Assembly: GCA_963793265.1 (NCBI GenBank)
Contig: CAWBZI010000001.1
Coordinates: 1,344,001 to 1,408,000 of the forward strand
Length of the DNA stretch: 64,000 nucleotides
Source: an uncultured cyanobacterium
Lineage (GTDB): Bacteria > Cyanobacteriota > Cyanobacteriia > Phormidesmidales > Phormidesmidaceae
Reading direction: 5' to 3'
The translations under genes were made by a program, and so were the position numbers. The notes beneath the pieces are model-generated. The model saw only the letters and a list, made by a program, of their open reading frames with translations. It did not search any database and had not been told where the DNA came from. The stretch's first letter is position 1, and the number at the start of each line of letters is the position of its first letter. Positions 28,637 to 39,235 of the stretch are shown in pieces.

Positions 28637-30625
28637 CGCCACCCGCTCGGCCTTGGCCTCTAAAGTTTTCACGTCCGTCGCCAGCTTGTTCTTTTGAGCG
28701 GCCAGCTTGTCCTTTTGAGCAGTCAGCTCACTCGTTTGTGCCGCCACCTCGCTCAGCTGAGTCTGCAAAACTTCAGATTCATCATTCTTCGCCGCCAAGT
28801 CTTGCGTCACACTCGTCAGCTCTTGCCGCGTCTGCGCCGTTCTTGCCTGTGCCGCCTGACTGGCCGCCTCTGCTGTCTGCTGTGCGTCAATCGCCTGCGC
28901 CACCTCGGCGGTCACCTGCTGATTTTCTTCAGCTAGCGCCTGGTTCGTCGCCCCAAGCGCGTCATTGGCTAAGCCCAGCTTTTGATTATTGACTTGCAGG
29001 GCTTCTTGGTCGGCTTGCAGTTCTCTTTTTTCAGTCGAAAGTTCTGCCAGCCCAGCCAAAGCCGATTCCTTACTCAGTTCCGCTTTGCGCATATCGTCTT
29101 GCGCCGACTCAGCGCGCGCTGACTCTTGCAAAGCTTTTCCCTGAGCCCACACCGCCCCTGCCGTAGACAGGCTAATTAGCCCAGCGCCCAGCGCCGTTAG
29201 CCAGCCAGTTCTACGCTTAGCTCGCAGCAAATCACGCCGCGCCGCCGCCAGCTTTTGCTGAATCGCACCTAGCTCAGCGCGAAAGCCCAGCTTCTGACTT
29301 TCCACTAAAAAGTCATAGTCCTGCTTGCCCAAACTCCGAGACTCGGCCCAGACTAAAGCACCTGTTAGCGCCTCCCCTTGCAGCAGCAGCGAATCGTCTT
29401 GTTTGCCCGCATCAATCCAGTGATTAATTTCTTCACCGTAAGGGCGAATTGCCATCAGCGCCCGGTCTATCCAGGCTTGGGCAAACACCTCGCGATAAAT
29501 CGGGTTATACACTTGCAGCGTACCGATACGATCTACGACCAGGCCCGAAAGGCGAAGGATGACCTGCTGCGAGCTGCCGTCTTGTAAAATGCCGCCATGA
29601 TTTAGGATCTGCTGATAGAGGCCCAAAAGCTGGTTGGCGTGGGTTTCACTGTGGAGAATGCGATCACGAATCGTCTTTAGGTGCGATGGCTGATCCTGCA
29701 TTTCCCAGTTGTCGATCACGTAGGTTCTCACCACATATTCCACAAGCTGCTCGGGGCTCGGTGAGTCGGGTAGGGAGGAGGGCGCTGGGGCCAGATCTGG
29801 AGGAAGCCCTGCGGCTGTTTGCGCGGACAGGGATTTGCGGGCGATCGCATCGTGCACAATCAAATGACAGACCTTCTGCGTCAAAAACGGCTGTCCGCCC
29901 GTCCAGGCCAGCACCGCCTTTAGCACCGCTTCAGGCTCACTTACTTTTTCAGCTAAGCCCGGCAGCAAAGGAGCCGCTTCGGCAAAATTAAACCCCACAA
30001 GCTGAATCGCCTGACCAATATTAAACGGCGTTCGCAGCCGGTCATTGGTCAGCTCATCTGGGGCCGCAACGCCCACCATGGCAAAGGTTAGCCGGTTCAG
30101 CTCAAGATTTTCAGCGCGCGTATCGTAGCACTCTCGAATCACTGCAAAAAAGTCGTGAATATCAAACGGCAGGCTCAGAACGCTGTCAATCTCCTCCCAA
30201 AAGATCACCACTGGCCCTGGCACAATTCTCAGCAGCACATCGCGAAAAAACTTACCCAGCCGCCGCACCGCCGATAGCTGATGATGTGCCTCCCACCAGC
30301 TATCCAGATCAAAATCCGGGTCAAGCCGCTCCAGTCGCAGCCGAGCAACGATATTATCGATCACGCTGAAATACCATTCCTTTGGCGTAATGCTCGTCGT
30401 ACCCAAGCCGCTAATATCAATCGAAGCGCAGGCCACCCCCTCAGCTCTTAGCCGGTCAATCGTTCGCACCCGCAGGCTCGACTTCCCCATCTGTCGGGAG
30501 TTTAGCACCGCGCAAAATTCACCGGCCTTCAGCGCCTGATACAGCATCTCATCGGCTGCTCTTGCCACATAGGTCGTCGCATCCGCAGGCAGGCTACCCC
30601 CGACCTGATAGCGGTATTTTGTCAT
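28628..30625 (-). CDS. AAA_35 (AAA-like) ATPase with a putative TM segment and coiled coil; 5' half of the split gene
   Basis: 'YQVGGSL......YV.R.AD..LY', '[11 protein letters not shown]', '[10 protein letters not shown]', 'RTPFNIG', '[11 protein letters not shown]'. Confidence 0.85.
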   Translation of the reverse strand: MTKYRYQVGGSLPADATTYVARAADEMLYQALKAGEFCAVLNSRQMGKSSLRVRTIDRLRAEGVACASIDISGLGTTSITPKEWYFSVIDNIVARLRLERLDPDFDLDSWWEAHHQLSAVRRLGKFFRDVLLRIVPGPVVIFWEEIDSVLSLPFDIHDFFAVIRECYDTRAENLELNRLTFAMVGVAAPDELTNDRLRTPFNIGQAIQLVGFNFAEAAPLLPGLAEKVSEPEAVLKAVLAWTGGQPFLTQKVCHLIVHDAIARKSLSAQTAAGLPPDLAPAPSSLPDSPSPEQLVEYVVRTYVIDNWEMQDQPSHLKTIRDRILHSETHANQLLGLYQQILNHGGILQDGSSQQVILRLSGLVVDRIGTLQVYNPIYREVFAQAWIDRALMAIRPYGEEINHWIDAGKQDDSLLLQGEALTGALVWAESRSLGKQDYDFLVESQKLGFRAELGAIQQKLAAARRDLLRAKRRTGWLTALGAGLISLSTAGAVWAQGKALQESARAESAQDDMRKAELSKESALAGLAELSTEKRELQADQEALQVNNQKLGLANDALGATNQALAEENQQVTAEVAQAIDAQQTAEAASQAAQARTAQTRQELTSVTQDLAAKNDESEVLQTQLSEVAAQTSELTAQKDKLAAQKNKLATDVKTLEAKAERVAGP

Positions 30626-30643
30626 GACCCTCTAAGCCTCCGC

Positions 30644-32377
30644 CTACAAACGCGTCTGAAAGTACTCTCGATAAAGCTCACACAGCGGCAGCACGCTATT
30701 ACCCTGATATTTCACCAGCCCCATACTGCTCAACTTAAACGCCTCAGTTGAGCCAATTTGCACCGGCCCCGCCGCCTCAATCACCTGCGCAAAAGCCGCC
30801 GCCAGCTCAGGATCGGCCTCAATATTCAGCAGATGCCGCCGCAAATGATCGTTATATAGGCCCCCTTCAGTTGGCGCTTCGACGAGCAGTTCATCTACCG
30901 TGATTCGGCCCCGCGCAATTCGGTTGAGCGCAATTCTCAGTAGATAAGGATGTCCGCCGACTAGCCTCAATAGCTGCTGAAGCACGGGATCTGAAAACGC
31001 TAACCGATGGCGAGAAATCATATCCAACCGCTCCTGGTAGTTAAGCTCTCTCAAATCAACCGGAAGCCCCACATTAAACGGCGAACGGTTAATGCTCAGC
31101 GGCACATACACTTCTTTTGAATGCACAATTACCAGATGAAGCTTGGCCCACATCGGATCGCTTTTGCCCTCTTCGTGCCACACCCGCAGCATCCCAAAAA
31201 AATCCGTAGCAATCTCGGGATGCTCAAACACCTGATCGACTTCATCGAGCCCCAGCAAAATAGGCTTATCGATTTCGGGCAGCAGGTAATTCTCAAAATA
31301 GCGCTGACAGCGGCGCACAATGCCCCGTGAGCCCTGCCAATACTCAGCCAGCTTATCGGGCAAATCCAGCTCCTCAGTCACCAGAGAGCAAAACCACTGC
31401 AAGAATTCATTGAGATCGTCCAAAGCCTTTTCGTCCGCCGTTTGCAGGCTCATCCGCACGGTTTCATACCCCTGCTGCTTAGCGTGACTCAGCACCCGAA
31501 TCAACAGCGAGGTTTTACCCATCTGCCGAGGAGCCTTGATGCGAATGAGTGAGCCGCGCCTTTGAATGGCCTCGTAGCAGTCGGCCTCGATAGGTGATCG
31601 CTCAATATAAAACGGCGAGTCCAGCGGCACCAGCCCCTCCGGCTCCTCAAAGTCAATCGGCGGCAGCGCTTTTTCTGGTTCTTCTACGGGTAGGTCTTCT
31701 ACGGGTAGCGCTTCTTCTACAACAGGCACTTCTGCAAAGCTAATGTCTCGTTTTTTTGCAGCAGGTGCTGAAACTTTCACATCGGCGACCTTCATGCTTA
31801 GCAACCGCTCTTGACCAAGCTGCGAATGCAAAACCGGCGTTGCCGACTCAGGAATATTCTCCAAATCAATTGCCAGCAGGCCGAACTCAAACGCTTCTGG
31901 GAACGGTCTGCCGTAGCCCAAGCCATCGTAAAAGCCCACCGCAAACTTAATCGCCGCGCGATCGCCTATCGACTGATTCATGCCGATCACGTAGTCCACA
32001 TGCTGCGCGATCGCCATCGACTGCGCTTTGGAGTAGCACGCATTTAGCAGCACGCATTCCACACTCGGACAAAGCTGAAAAAGCTTCGCTAAAGTCTTAC
32101 CCTGCACCAGCGTTGAGTGGCCCGCTTCATTCTCAAAAACCAGACCCTGCTGGCCCGTACCGTGCCCCGAAAAATGAACAATCTGAGGCTGATGCTTGAG
32201 CAGCGATCGCCGCAAATCATCTGGCCTTACGGCCCACTGCGAAATCACCTCAAACTGCTCACGCCCTTCTGAGAGCGCGAGCCCCTCCTGAATCTCACGC
32301 ACTTCTTCAGGCAATCGAAGCTGAGCCGTATTAGAGGGATTCGCCGCCAGGATTAGAATTTTCGTAGCAGCCATCAC
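30644..32377 (-). CDS. CHAT (caspase-like) protease domain fused to an AAA_35 ATPase
   Basis: 'KILILAANP....LRL.EEVREI', 'HFSGHG', 'LLNACYS'; 'FYIER.P.E', 'APRQMGKTSL', 'LDEVD', 'SPFNVG', 'GGHPYL'. Confidence 0.9.
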   Translation of the reverse strand: MMAATKILILAANPSNTAQLRLPEEVREIQEGLALSEGREQFEVISQWAVRPDDLRRSLLKHQPQIVHFSGHGTGQQGLVFENEAGHSTLVQGKTLAKLFQLCPSVECVLLNACYSKAQSMAIAQHVDYVIGMNQSIGDRAAIKFAVGFYDGLGYGRPFPEAFEFGLLAIDLENIPESATPVLHSQLGQERLLSMKVADVKVSAPAAKKRDISFAEVPVVEEALPVEDLPVEEPEKALPPIDFEEPEGLVPLDSPFYIERSPIEADCYEAIQRRGSLIRIKAPRQMGKTSLLIRVLSHAKQQGYETVRMSLQTADEKALDDLNEFLQWFCSLVTEELDLPDKLAEYWQGSRGIVRRCQRYFENYLLPEIDKPILLGLDEVDQVFEHPEIATDFFGMLRVWHEEGKSDPMWAKLHLVIVHSKEVYVPLSINRSPFNVGLPVDLRELNYQERLDMISRHRLAFSDPVLQQLLRLVGGHPYLLRIALNRIARGRITVDELLVEAPTEGGLYNDHLRRHLLNIEADPELAAAFAQVIEAAGPVQIGSTEAFKLSSMGLVKYQGNSVLPLCELYREYFQTRL

Positions 32378-32499
32378 GGTTACCTACGTTTAGCTATCCG
32401 CAGAGCAATCATACCGGCTTATTTTGCGACTTCTCTTCCAGATTAGGTAAGATCACGGAAAAAAGTATTAAGAATTGAGATACGCTCGTCCAAACGGGT

Positions 32500-33075
32500 C
32501 TAATCAGCAACTAGCTCACCATTCACTTCATTAATGGGACGCCGCTTCAGCTCTACCGATTCAGTACGGGGCAGCAGGTTAAAAACTTCGCGCATTTTGT
32601 CATCGATCTTTTCGTAAGGCACCTGCCCAATCTCGTTGAACACCATTTCACCGTTTTCATCGAATACAACAACCTGCGGCACAGAGCCCTTGAAGTAGTA
32701 GCCAGGTTCGTTTTCTTCGTAGCTGTCTTTCACTGGGATGGAGTCGGCAGCGATCGCAATAAAATTAGCCTCCCGACCATATGGAGCCTGAAGCTGCGAA
32801 ACCACCGAAGAAAACAGTTTGCTATCTCGGCTGTCGTCTACATAGAAAACCAACAGCGTCGGTTTCTGCTGTGCAAAAGACTGCGCCAGCGAAAATCTTG
32901 GCGGCACAATCGAGCCGTTGCCCGCATACAGCGCGTAAATATTACCATCGTAATTATCGTCGTTCAGCTCAGCTAAGGCAGGCCCGCCACCTATGCCCAG
33001 ACTTGCAACAATCAATAGTCCAACAAATATCACGCTTACGGTCAGCCGTAGGTTTCTGAAAAGTGTAGCCAGCAT
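32500..33075 (-). CDS. thioredoxin-fold thylakoid membrane photosystem I accumulation factor family protein
   Basis: 'DDNYDGNIYALYAGNGS.VPP', 'LLVFYVDDS.D.K.F', 'VPQVVV.D', 'R..NE.N.EL'. The start is uncertain (33075 or 33102). Confidence 0.75.
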   Translation of the reverse strand: MLATLFRNLRLTVSVIFVGLLIVASLGIGGGPALAELNDDNYDGNIYALYAGNGSIVPPRFSLAQSFAQQKPTLLVFYVDDSRDSKLFSSVVSQLQAPYGREANFIAIAADSIPVKDSYEENEPGYYFKGSVPQVVVFDENGEMVFNEIGQVPYEKIDDKMREVFNLLPRTESVELKRRPINEVNGELVAD

Positions 33076-33155
33076 AAGTCTCTTAAGTAATTCTCTAAAC
33101 AAATGTTGAAAGGGATTAGACGTATCGTCCCAAACTCCGTGCGCCCGAATGAGAG

Positions 33156-33764
33156 CTATGTTCCTCGAAAGCTATCCACTACTCTTTTTAAAGTTTCCTC
33201 ATTCTCTTGATAGCTCGATTCGGTTGTCCAGCCTACGACCTGATAGTACTTCTCGCGGCCTTTAATCGTCGTATGCAGGTACACTACCGGCTGATTGTCT
33301 ACGGTGCCTCTAATCTCATACTGCACCGCCGGGTTGCCGTTCAGCGAACTCAGGCCCGTGCGCGTTTCACCCTCATATCTATCCAACTCTCTTTGAATCA
33401 GCCAGCGATACTGCTCTGCATTATTCTCTAGATCGAACTGATTGAGCACCGCGTCGCTCTCAGAGAGCACCTTTGTATAGAGCCCCCTCGGTGGATAGGT
33501 CGCATAGATATCCGCGCTTCGCCGCAGCCCGCCTTTCTCGGCGACCCATCCACTCGGCACCGTTATTCTGACGTTGGTAGCCTCGTTTTCAAGATCAGAA
33601 GGCACGTCAATGTTTTCAGACCGGCTTACGCTGCCGATGGTTCGAGCGCGATCGCAGCTACTCACCCCTCCACTGACCAGCACAAAAATCAGCAATCCTT
33701 TCGCTAAACCAGAGACAGATAAACCAGGGGCAAGTAGATTACGAACAGAGCAATTGGGGCGCAT
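33156..33764 (-). CDS. hypothetical lipoprotein (PsbP/Mog1-like fold possible)
   Basis: Lipobox-like 'VSSC'; 'ITVPSGW', 'LNG.PAVQYEI.G.......YLHT...G...YYQV..WT'. Confidence 0.65.
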   Translation of the reverse strand: MRPNCSVRNLLAPGLSVSGLAKGLLIFVLVSGGVSSCDRARTIGSVSRSENIDVPSDLENEATNVRITVPSGWVAEKGGLRRSADIYATYPPRGLYTKVLSESDAVLNQFDLENNAEQYRWLIQRELDRYEGETRTGLSSLNGNPAVQYEIRGTVDNQPVVYLHTTIKGREKYYQVVGWTTESSYQENEETLKRVVDSFRGT

Positions 33765-33931
33765 CGTCTGAAATAGTGGGGGCTAAAGCACTGGGTCTAG
33801 AGCGCGACGCCAGCAAGTTAGCCAAAGCATAGCAGAGCGGTGATAGAGACAGCCGACATATTCCCCCCTCGCGGATTGCTATATGCTGTAGGTAGCTTAA
33901 TATCAGTGCCTATCAAACGCCACCTAACCCT

Positions 33932-35023
33932 ATGCTCAGAGCCGGAATTGTTGGACTGCCCAACGTCGGAAAATCAACCCTATTTAACGCAGTCGTCGCC
34001 AATGCAAAAGCTCAGGCCGCAAACTTTCCGTTTTGCACTATTGAGCCAAATGTAGGCATCGTAGCGGTTCCTGATGAGCGCTTGCAGGTGCTTGCAAAAA
34101 TTTCGGAATCCAAAGAAATTTTGCCTGCGCGAGTTGAGTTCGTAGATATTGCAGGCTTGGTAAAAGGCGCAAGCCAGGGTGAGGGCTTAGGCAACCAGTT
34201 TTTGGCCAATATTCGCGAAGTTGATGCCATTATTCATGTCGTCCGCTGCTTTGAAAACGATGACATTATCCACGTCTCAGGCTCTATTGGCCCGCTGCGC
34301 GACATCGAAGTCATCAATTTAGAGCTGGCACTATCGGATCTATCTCAAATAGAGAAGCGAATGGATCGCATTCGTAAGCAGGCACGCAATAGTGCAGAGG
34401 CCCAAACAGAGCTGGAGATATTAGAAAAGATTCAGCCTGTGCTAGACGAAGGTCAGGCGGCTCGCACCGTTGAGCTAGACGAGGAAGAAGCGCTGATTAT
34501 CAAGCCTTTGGGTTTGCTGACGCGCAAGCCAGTTATCTATGCGGCCAACGTGTCTGAAGATGACTTAGCACAAGGGAATAGCTGGGTAGAGGAAGTTCGC
34601 GCTCATGCCGAGAAGGAAAACGCTCAGGTGGTAGTTGTTTCAGCGCAGGTAGAAGCTGAGCTGCTAGAAATTCCTGAAGAGGAACGCGGCGACTTTTTAG
34701 AGGCCCTTGGCGTTGAAGAAGGTGGCTTGCAGTCTTTGATTAGAGCGACTTATGACCTATTAGGGCTGCGGACTTACTTCACAACTGGCCCTGAAGAAAC
34801 CAGAGCCTGGACGATTAAAGCAGGAATGCTCGCGCCCCAGGCCGCAGGTGTGATTCACACGGACTTCGAGCGCGGCTTTATTCGAGCTGAAACCGTGGGC
34901 TATAACGATTTGGTCACCAACGGATCGATGGGAGCCGCGAAGGAAAAGGGGCTGGTGCGCAGTGAAGGAAAGGAGTACACGGTTAAAGAAGGCGATGTGA
35001 TGCTCTTCCGGTTTAATGTGTAG
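33932..35023 (+). CDS. ychF: redox-regulated ATPase YchF
   Basis: 'GIVGLPNVGKSTLFNA', 'ANFPFCTIEPNVG', 'DIAGLVKGASQGEGLGNQFL', 'APQAAG.IHTDFERGFIRAE'. Confidence 0.98.
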   Translation: MLRAGIVGLPNVGKSTLFNAVVANAKAQAANFPFCTIEPNVGIVAVPDERLQVLAKISESKEILPARVEFVDIAGLVKGASQGEGLGNQFLANIREVDAIIHVVRCFENDDIIHVSGSIGPLRDIEVINLELALSDLSQIEKRMDRIRKQARNSAEAQTELEILEKIQPVLDEGQAARTVELDEEEALIIKPLGLLTRKPVIYAANVSEDDLAQGNSWVEEVRAHAEKENAQVVVVSAQVEAELLEIPEEERGDFLEALGVEEGGLQSLIRATYDLLGLRTYFTTGPEETRAWTIKAGMLAPQAAGVIHTDFERGFIRAETVGYNDLVTNGSMGAAKEKGLVRSEGKEYTVKEGDVMLFRFNV

Positions 35024-35056
35024 GGGAGAGTGAGTTGTGAGGCCAAATATCCCGGA

Positions 35057-35144
35057 GCCCTCACCCTAAATCCCTCTCCCGGTGGGAGAGGGACTTCAGA
35101 TTTGGCTCCCTTCTCCCACCGGGAGAAGGGTTGGGGATGAGGGC
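35057..35144. repeat. REP-like composite palindromic element
   Basis: Terminal inverted repeat GCCCTCA...TGAGGGC enclosing hairpins TCCCTCTCCC-GGT-GGGAGAGGGA and CCCTTCTCCC-ACC-GGGAGAAGGG, between convergent genes. Confidence 0.85.
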
Positions 35145-35186
35145 TTCTGCGTATTAATGCTAGGGACACACTTTGACCGCTAGCGC

Positions 35187-35903
35187 CTAATTATCCATAA
35201 CCACAAACGATTTCGTTAGCCCTAGCACCTGCTCGCTGTCGATTTGCTTGTTTGGAAACAGCCGCTTGAGCTGCGATCGCCTCAGCAACCTGACGCTATC
35301 AAACTCCTCATAGAAAATCCGCTTAAGCGAGTTAGAGCGCCAGGAAAACAGCGCGTAGTTGAGCGAAAGAAAAGCCAGCCTGCGATAGAGCGATCGCGGC
35401 AGCCAGTGAATAAACAGCGCCACAAAATGGGGCTCCATCGGGAACCAGTGATTCGGCGTTTGGATATAAACTCGCTTGCCCACGCGATCGCACTCTTGAG
35501 CAAACCTGGCCGTACTGGTCTCATCGCCCACATGCTCAATCACCGAATTAGAAAAGGTAAGATCAAAGCTCTTATCGGCAAACGGAATGTCGCAGCCATT
35601 CCCGACCATCGCTTTGTAGGACACCGAATCAGTCCCACCATCGCAAACGCCGCCGTCGCCTGCTTCAAAGCGATCCACATCGTTCTCTACATTGAGCAGT
35701 ACGAGTTCTTTGGGCACTACGCCGTAGTGTTCTTTGAGCAAATTCCAAATCGCCGGACGCCCGCCCACGTCTAGCACGCGGTAGCTAGCTAAGTCTGGAT
35801 AGGCCCTTACCAGCATCGCCAGCCGCCTTTTACGAAACTTAGCCATTGCTGGGGTGATGACTTGATCCCAAGAAATTTTTTCTAGAAAAGCAGGTAGACG
35901 CAT
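35187..35903 (-). CDS. class I SAM-dependent methyltransferase
   Basis: 'VLDVGG', 'IPF.DKSFDL.FSNSVIEHVG', 'IQTPN.WFP.EPH'. Confidence 0.85.
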   Translation of the reverse strand: MRLPAFLEKISWDQVITPAMAKFRKRRLAMLVRAYPDLASYRVLDVGGRPAIWNLLKEHYGVVPKELVLLNVENDVDRFEAGDGGVCDGGTDSVSYKAMVGNGCDIPFADKSFDLTFSNSVIEHVGDETSTARFAQECDRVGKRVYIQTPNHWFPMEPHFVALFIHWLPRSLYRRLAFLSLNYALFSWRSNSLKRIFYEEFDSVRLLRRSQLKRLFPNKQIDSEQVLGLTKSFVVMDN

Positions 35904-36191
35904 AGTGATAGAGGTTAGGCAATAAAGATAACCCGTAAGTAAGGCACAATTACTTACTCCTACAAAGAGCACCGATAGCAGGCGGATGTTCCCTTAATAG
36001 GCCGAAACCGCCATCTTTGACGCGTAAAAGGGGGTTAAAAAGTAGGTGTGTCCTGTTATGCCAGCGTCCATGTATTCCTACGGAAACTTCATAAAAAGGC
36101 TAGGCAGGGCGCTCAGATACGATTAAAATCTGCCATAGTCGCACCGCAAGCGAATTACACCGCAAGCGTTTCCTTTTAAGCATTTTCATGA

Positions 36192-37040
36192 ATGGCCTCC
36201 GTGGTTAACTGGTTCACAAAGATTCCGAATTGGGCAGCGCTCTCTTTAGTAATGAACGGGCTGCTGTTTGCCACGTTGCTTGCCGTTAGCCAGGAAGAGA
36301 CGACTTCTACCGATCTATGGCAGTCGGATCTAACCCCCGCTGTCAATACCACGATGGCAGAAGCCGCTATTACAGATGCGGTGCTGGACTTACCTAAAGT
36401 TGAAACCGGGCGCAAGCTCACCTACCAGGATCACGTATCGCATCTGGGCGATCGCGCCAGAGCCGTTGCCGCGCAAAACCCCGAACACCTCACCGTTTTA
36501 CTCGGTGACTCGCTCAGCCTGTGGTTTCCTGGCGAACTCATGCCAGGAGAAAGGGCCTGGATCAACCAGAGCATCTCAGGCGAAAAAACCAAGGGACTGC
36601 TCAACCGCTTAGATCTGATTGAAAAAAATAAAATCGAAGCCATCTTTGTGATGATTGGCATCAACGATTTGATCTGGGGCCAGACAGACAAAGAAATTAT
36701 TGAGAACTACAAAAAAATCGTCGAGCAGCTTAAGGCCAAGCACCCGACGACTCAGATTGTGGTGCAGTCGATATTGCCGCACGGGGGCGAAAACTCAACT
36801 TGGGAGAGCCGCGATAAGCTACTGGCGCTGCCGAGCGATCGCATCGTCGCTATGAACAGTGCGCTCAAAGAAATTGCCGATGACAACGACGCCTACTATC
36901 TAGACCTCTATCCTATTTTTGTTACGGGCAACGGTCAGCTCCGGTCTGATTTGACGACTGACGGTTTGCATTTGAACCGGGAAGGATATCTGGTTTGGCG
37001 AAGTGCGATCGCGCTATACGCACAGCTAGAGCTTCAGTAA
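36192..37040 (+). CDS. SGNH/GDSL hydrolase
   Basis: 'LLGDSLS', 'NQSISGE', 'MIGINDL', 'TDGLHLN..GY..W'. Confidence 0.92.
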   Translation: MASVVNWFTKIPNWAALSLVMNGLLFATLLAVSQEETTSTDLWQSDLTPAVNTTMAEAAITDAVLDLPKVETGRKLTYQDHVSHLGDRARAVAAQNPEHLTVLLGDSLSLWFPGELMPGERAWINQSISGEKTKGLLNRLDLIEKNKIEAIFVMIGINDLIWGQTDKEIIENYKKIVEQLKAKHPTTQIVVQSILPHGGENSTWESRDKLLALPSDRIVAMNSALKEIADDNDAYYLDLYPIFVTGNGQLRSDLTTDGLHLNREGYLVWRSAIALYAQLELQ

Positions 37041-37108
37041 GGGCCACACGCTGGCGATGCGATAAACTTGAGACTATAGAAATCTCGCATTCCTATCTTG
37101 AGTAATCC

Positions 37109-38356
37109 ATGGATACCAAAGCCTTTAAGCGCGCCCTTAACCACTCCGAAAACTACTACCGCAATCAGGGCTTTGGCCAAAAAGAAGACGTTGCCGGGCA
37201 GATGCGCTCCGAATACGAAAGTAGCCTTATTCAAACTATCCGCAACAACAACAATCTGCTTACCCAGGGCGAAGTCACCATTCACCTGGCCGAATCATTC
37301 GGCTTTTGCTGGGGCGTAGAGCGTGCGGTGGCCATGGCCTACGAAGCAAGGCAGCACTTCCCCGACCAGAAAATTTGGATTACCAACGAAATTATCCATA
37401 ACCCCGAAGTCAACCAGCAGCTCAAGGCGATGAACGTCGCGTTTATTGAGCTGATCGGGAAAGAGAAGGACTTCTCAGGCGTCGGACAGGGCGATGTGGT
37501 GATTCTGCCAGCCTTTGGTGCGAGTGTGCAAGAGATGAAGCTGCTTCACGATAAGGGCTGCGTCATTGTAGACACCACCTGTCCCTGGGTGTCTAAGGTG
37601 TGGAACACCGTTGAAAAGCATAAAAAAAGAGAGTTCACCTCGATTATCCACGGCAAGTACAAGCACGAAGAAACGGTGGCGACTAGCTCATTTGCAGGGA
37701 CTTATCTGGTTGTGCTGAACCTGGATGAGGCTGAGTACGTGGCTCGCTATATTTTGGCAGGGGGCGATCGCACCGAGTTCCTCACCAAGTTTGCCAACGC
37801 TCACTCCGAAGGCTTCGACCCCGACAAAGATCTCGCGGCAGTCGGCATCGCCAATCAAACCACCATGCTCAAAGGCGAAACCGAACAAATCGGCAAACTC
37901 TTCGAGCGCACCATGCTCAAAAAGCACGGGCCCCAGGCGATTAACGACCACTTCCATAGCTTTAACACCATTTGCGATGCCACCCAAGAACGGCAGGACG
38001 CGATGTTTGAGCTAGTGGAGGCGGACGTAGATCTAATAGTCGTTATCGGCGGCTTCAACTCCTCTAATACAACCCACCTGCAAGAGATTGCCGTAGAGCG
38101 CCAGATTCCGTCTTTTCATATAGATAGCGCTGCGCGAGTGGGGCCGGGTAACCGCATTGAGCATCGACCGTTGCATAGTCAGCAAATGAGTCAGCCAGTG
38201 GATGATGAAGGGGTGGCGATCGCAACTAACTGGCTCCCTGCTGGCAACATTTCAGTCGGCGTCACCTCAGGAGCCTCAACCCCTGACAAAGCCGTTCAGG
38301 AAGTGATTGAAAAAATCTTTGCGATTAAGTCTCAGGTGCCTGCTGGCGTAGCTTAA
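37109..38356 (+). CDS. ispH: 4-hydroxy-3-methylbut-2-enyl diphosphate reductase
   Basis: '[11 protein letters not shown]', 'IIHNP', 'DTTCPWV', 'NQTTM', '[11 protein letters not shown]', '[10 protein letters not shown]', 'TSGASTPD'. Confidence 0.97.
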   Translation: MDTKAFKRALNHSENYYRNQGFGQKEDVAGQMRSEYESSLIQTIRNNNNLLTQGEVTIHLAESFGFCWGVERAVAMAYEARQHFPDQKIWITNEIIHNPEVNQQLKAMNVAFIELIGKEKDFSGVGQGDVVILPAFGASVQEMKLLHDKGCVIVDTTCPWVSKVWNTVEKHKKREFTSIIHGKYKHEETVATSSFAGTYLVVLNLDEAEYVARYILAGGDRTEFLTKFANAHSEGFDPDKDLAAVGIANQTTMLKGETEQIGKLFERTMLKKHGPQAINDHFHSFNTICDATQERQDAMFELVEADVDLIVVIGGFNSSNTTHLQEIAVERQIPSFHIDSAARVGPGNRIEHRPLHSQQMSQPVDDEGVAIATNWLPAGNISVGVTSGASTPDKAVQEVIEKIFAIKSQVPAGVA

Positions 38357-38525
38357 TCACCGATAGCAGCCTATTCGCTATAGATAGCCCGCTACAGGTA
38401 TCTCTCAGTGCATAGCTGTCTTTCGATAATGACAAAAATGTAATCAAGGGCTACATCTTCAGACGCACAGAGATATCGCAACCTTTTTCTAAGGTTAAGG
38501 AAGTTTCAAAGGAACAACCTTACAT

Positions 38526-38999
38526 ATGAAAAACCAGTTCACCAGAATCGCTAAAATCGGCAGCGCGGCTGCACTATCAGTGCTATCGCTTTCTGTCGTC
38601 GCCTGCTCGCCTGCTGTAGAAGATGTCAGCACTGATGCCGACGTGCCCACCGATCAAGCAGCCGTACCCGATGGCGCAGAAGCTGGCGACGGTGACGATC
38701 CTGATATCGCTGGCCTCGTTGGTGAAACGGTCACTATCAGCACAAAGGTAACTGAAGTAATTTCGCCTAATTTATTTACCGCCTTTGATGAAGAGTCAAT
38801 GCGCGGTGAAGAAGTGCTAATCGCCACCGATTTGCCAACGCCTGAAGTCGGCCAAAATATTGAAGTCACGGGCGATGTCATGGAAATGACCGATACCGCT
38901 GTTAAAGAGGCTTACAACGTAGACATCGATCCTGCGCTTGTAGAAGCTTACGTTGGCAAGCCATACATCGCAGCTAAGGCAATTGAAGCCGTTGACTAA
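38526..38999 (+). CDS. acidic hypothetical lipoprotein
   Basis: AAGGA RBS, signal peptide with lipobox 'VVAC', and a beta-rich C-terminus. Confidence 0.75.
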   Translation: MKNQFTRIAKIGSAAALSVLSLSVVACSPAVEDVSTDADVPTDQAAVPDGAEAGDGDDPDIAGLVGETVTISTKVTEVISPNLFTAFDEESMRGEEVLIATDLPTPEVGQNIEVTGDVMEMTDTAVKEAYNVDIDPALVEAYVGKPYIAAKAIEAVD

Positions 39000-39056
39000 C
39001 TGCTTGCTTTAGCCCAAACAGCGTATCTTTTGTACGCCGTTGATGCCTATCTTGAG

Positions 39057-39138
39057 CCCCCTCTAGCCCATGTAAAGTAACGGCTAGAGGGGGTTTTATG
39101 CTACTTGATGCTAGAGGAAGCAACCCTTCTAGCATCAA
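39057..39138. terminator. two adjacent hairpins between convergent genes
   Basis: CCCCCTCTAGCC-N13-GGCTAGAGGGGG-TTTT (39057-39097) and TTGATGCTAGA-N12-TCTAGCATCAA (39105-39138). Confidence 0.75.
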
Positions 39139-39235
39139 TGAATTCCAACTGGCGAGGCAAACAGCAACACCCAGCAGCAAGCTAGTCCTAGCGCGATGCC
39201 GACAGAGATAATACTCATCAAGAAATACCTAACGA

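Noticed and set aside
35975..36035. c-di-GMP or other riboswitch upstream of the methyltransferase
   Set aside because: Only one short stem; the conserved GNRA loop/receptor and junction bases were not found.
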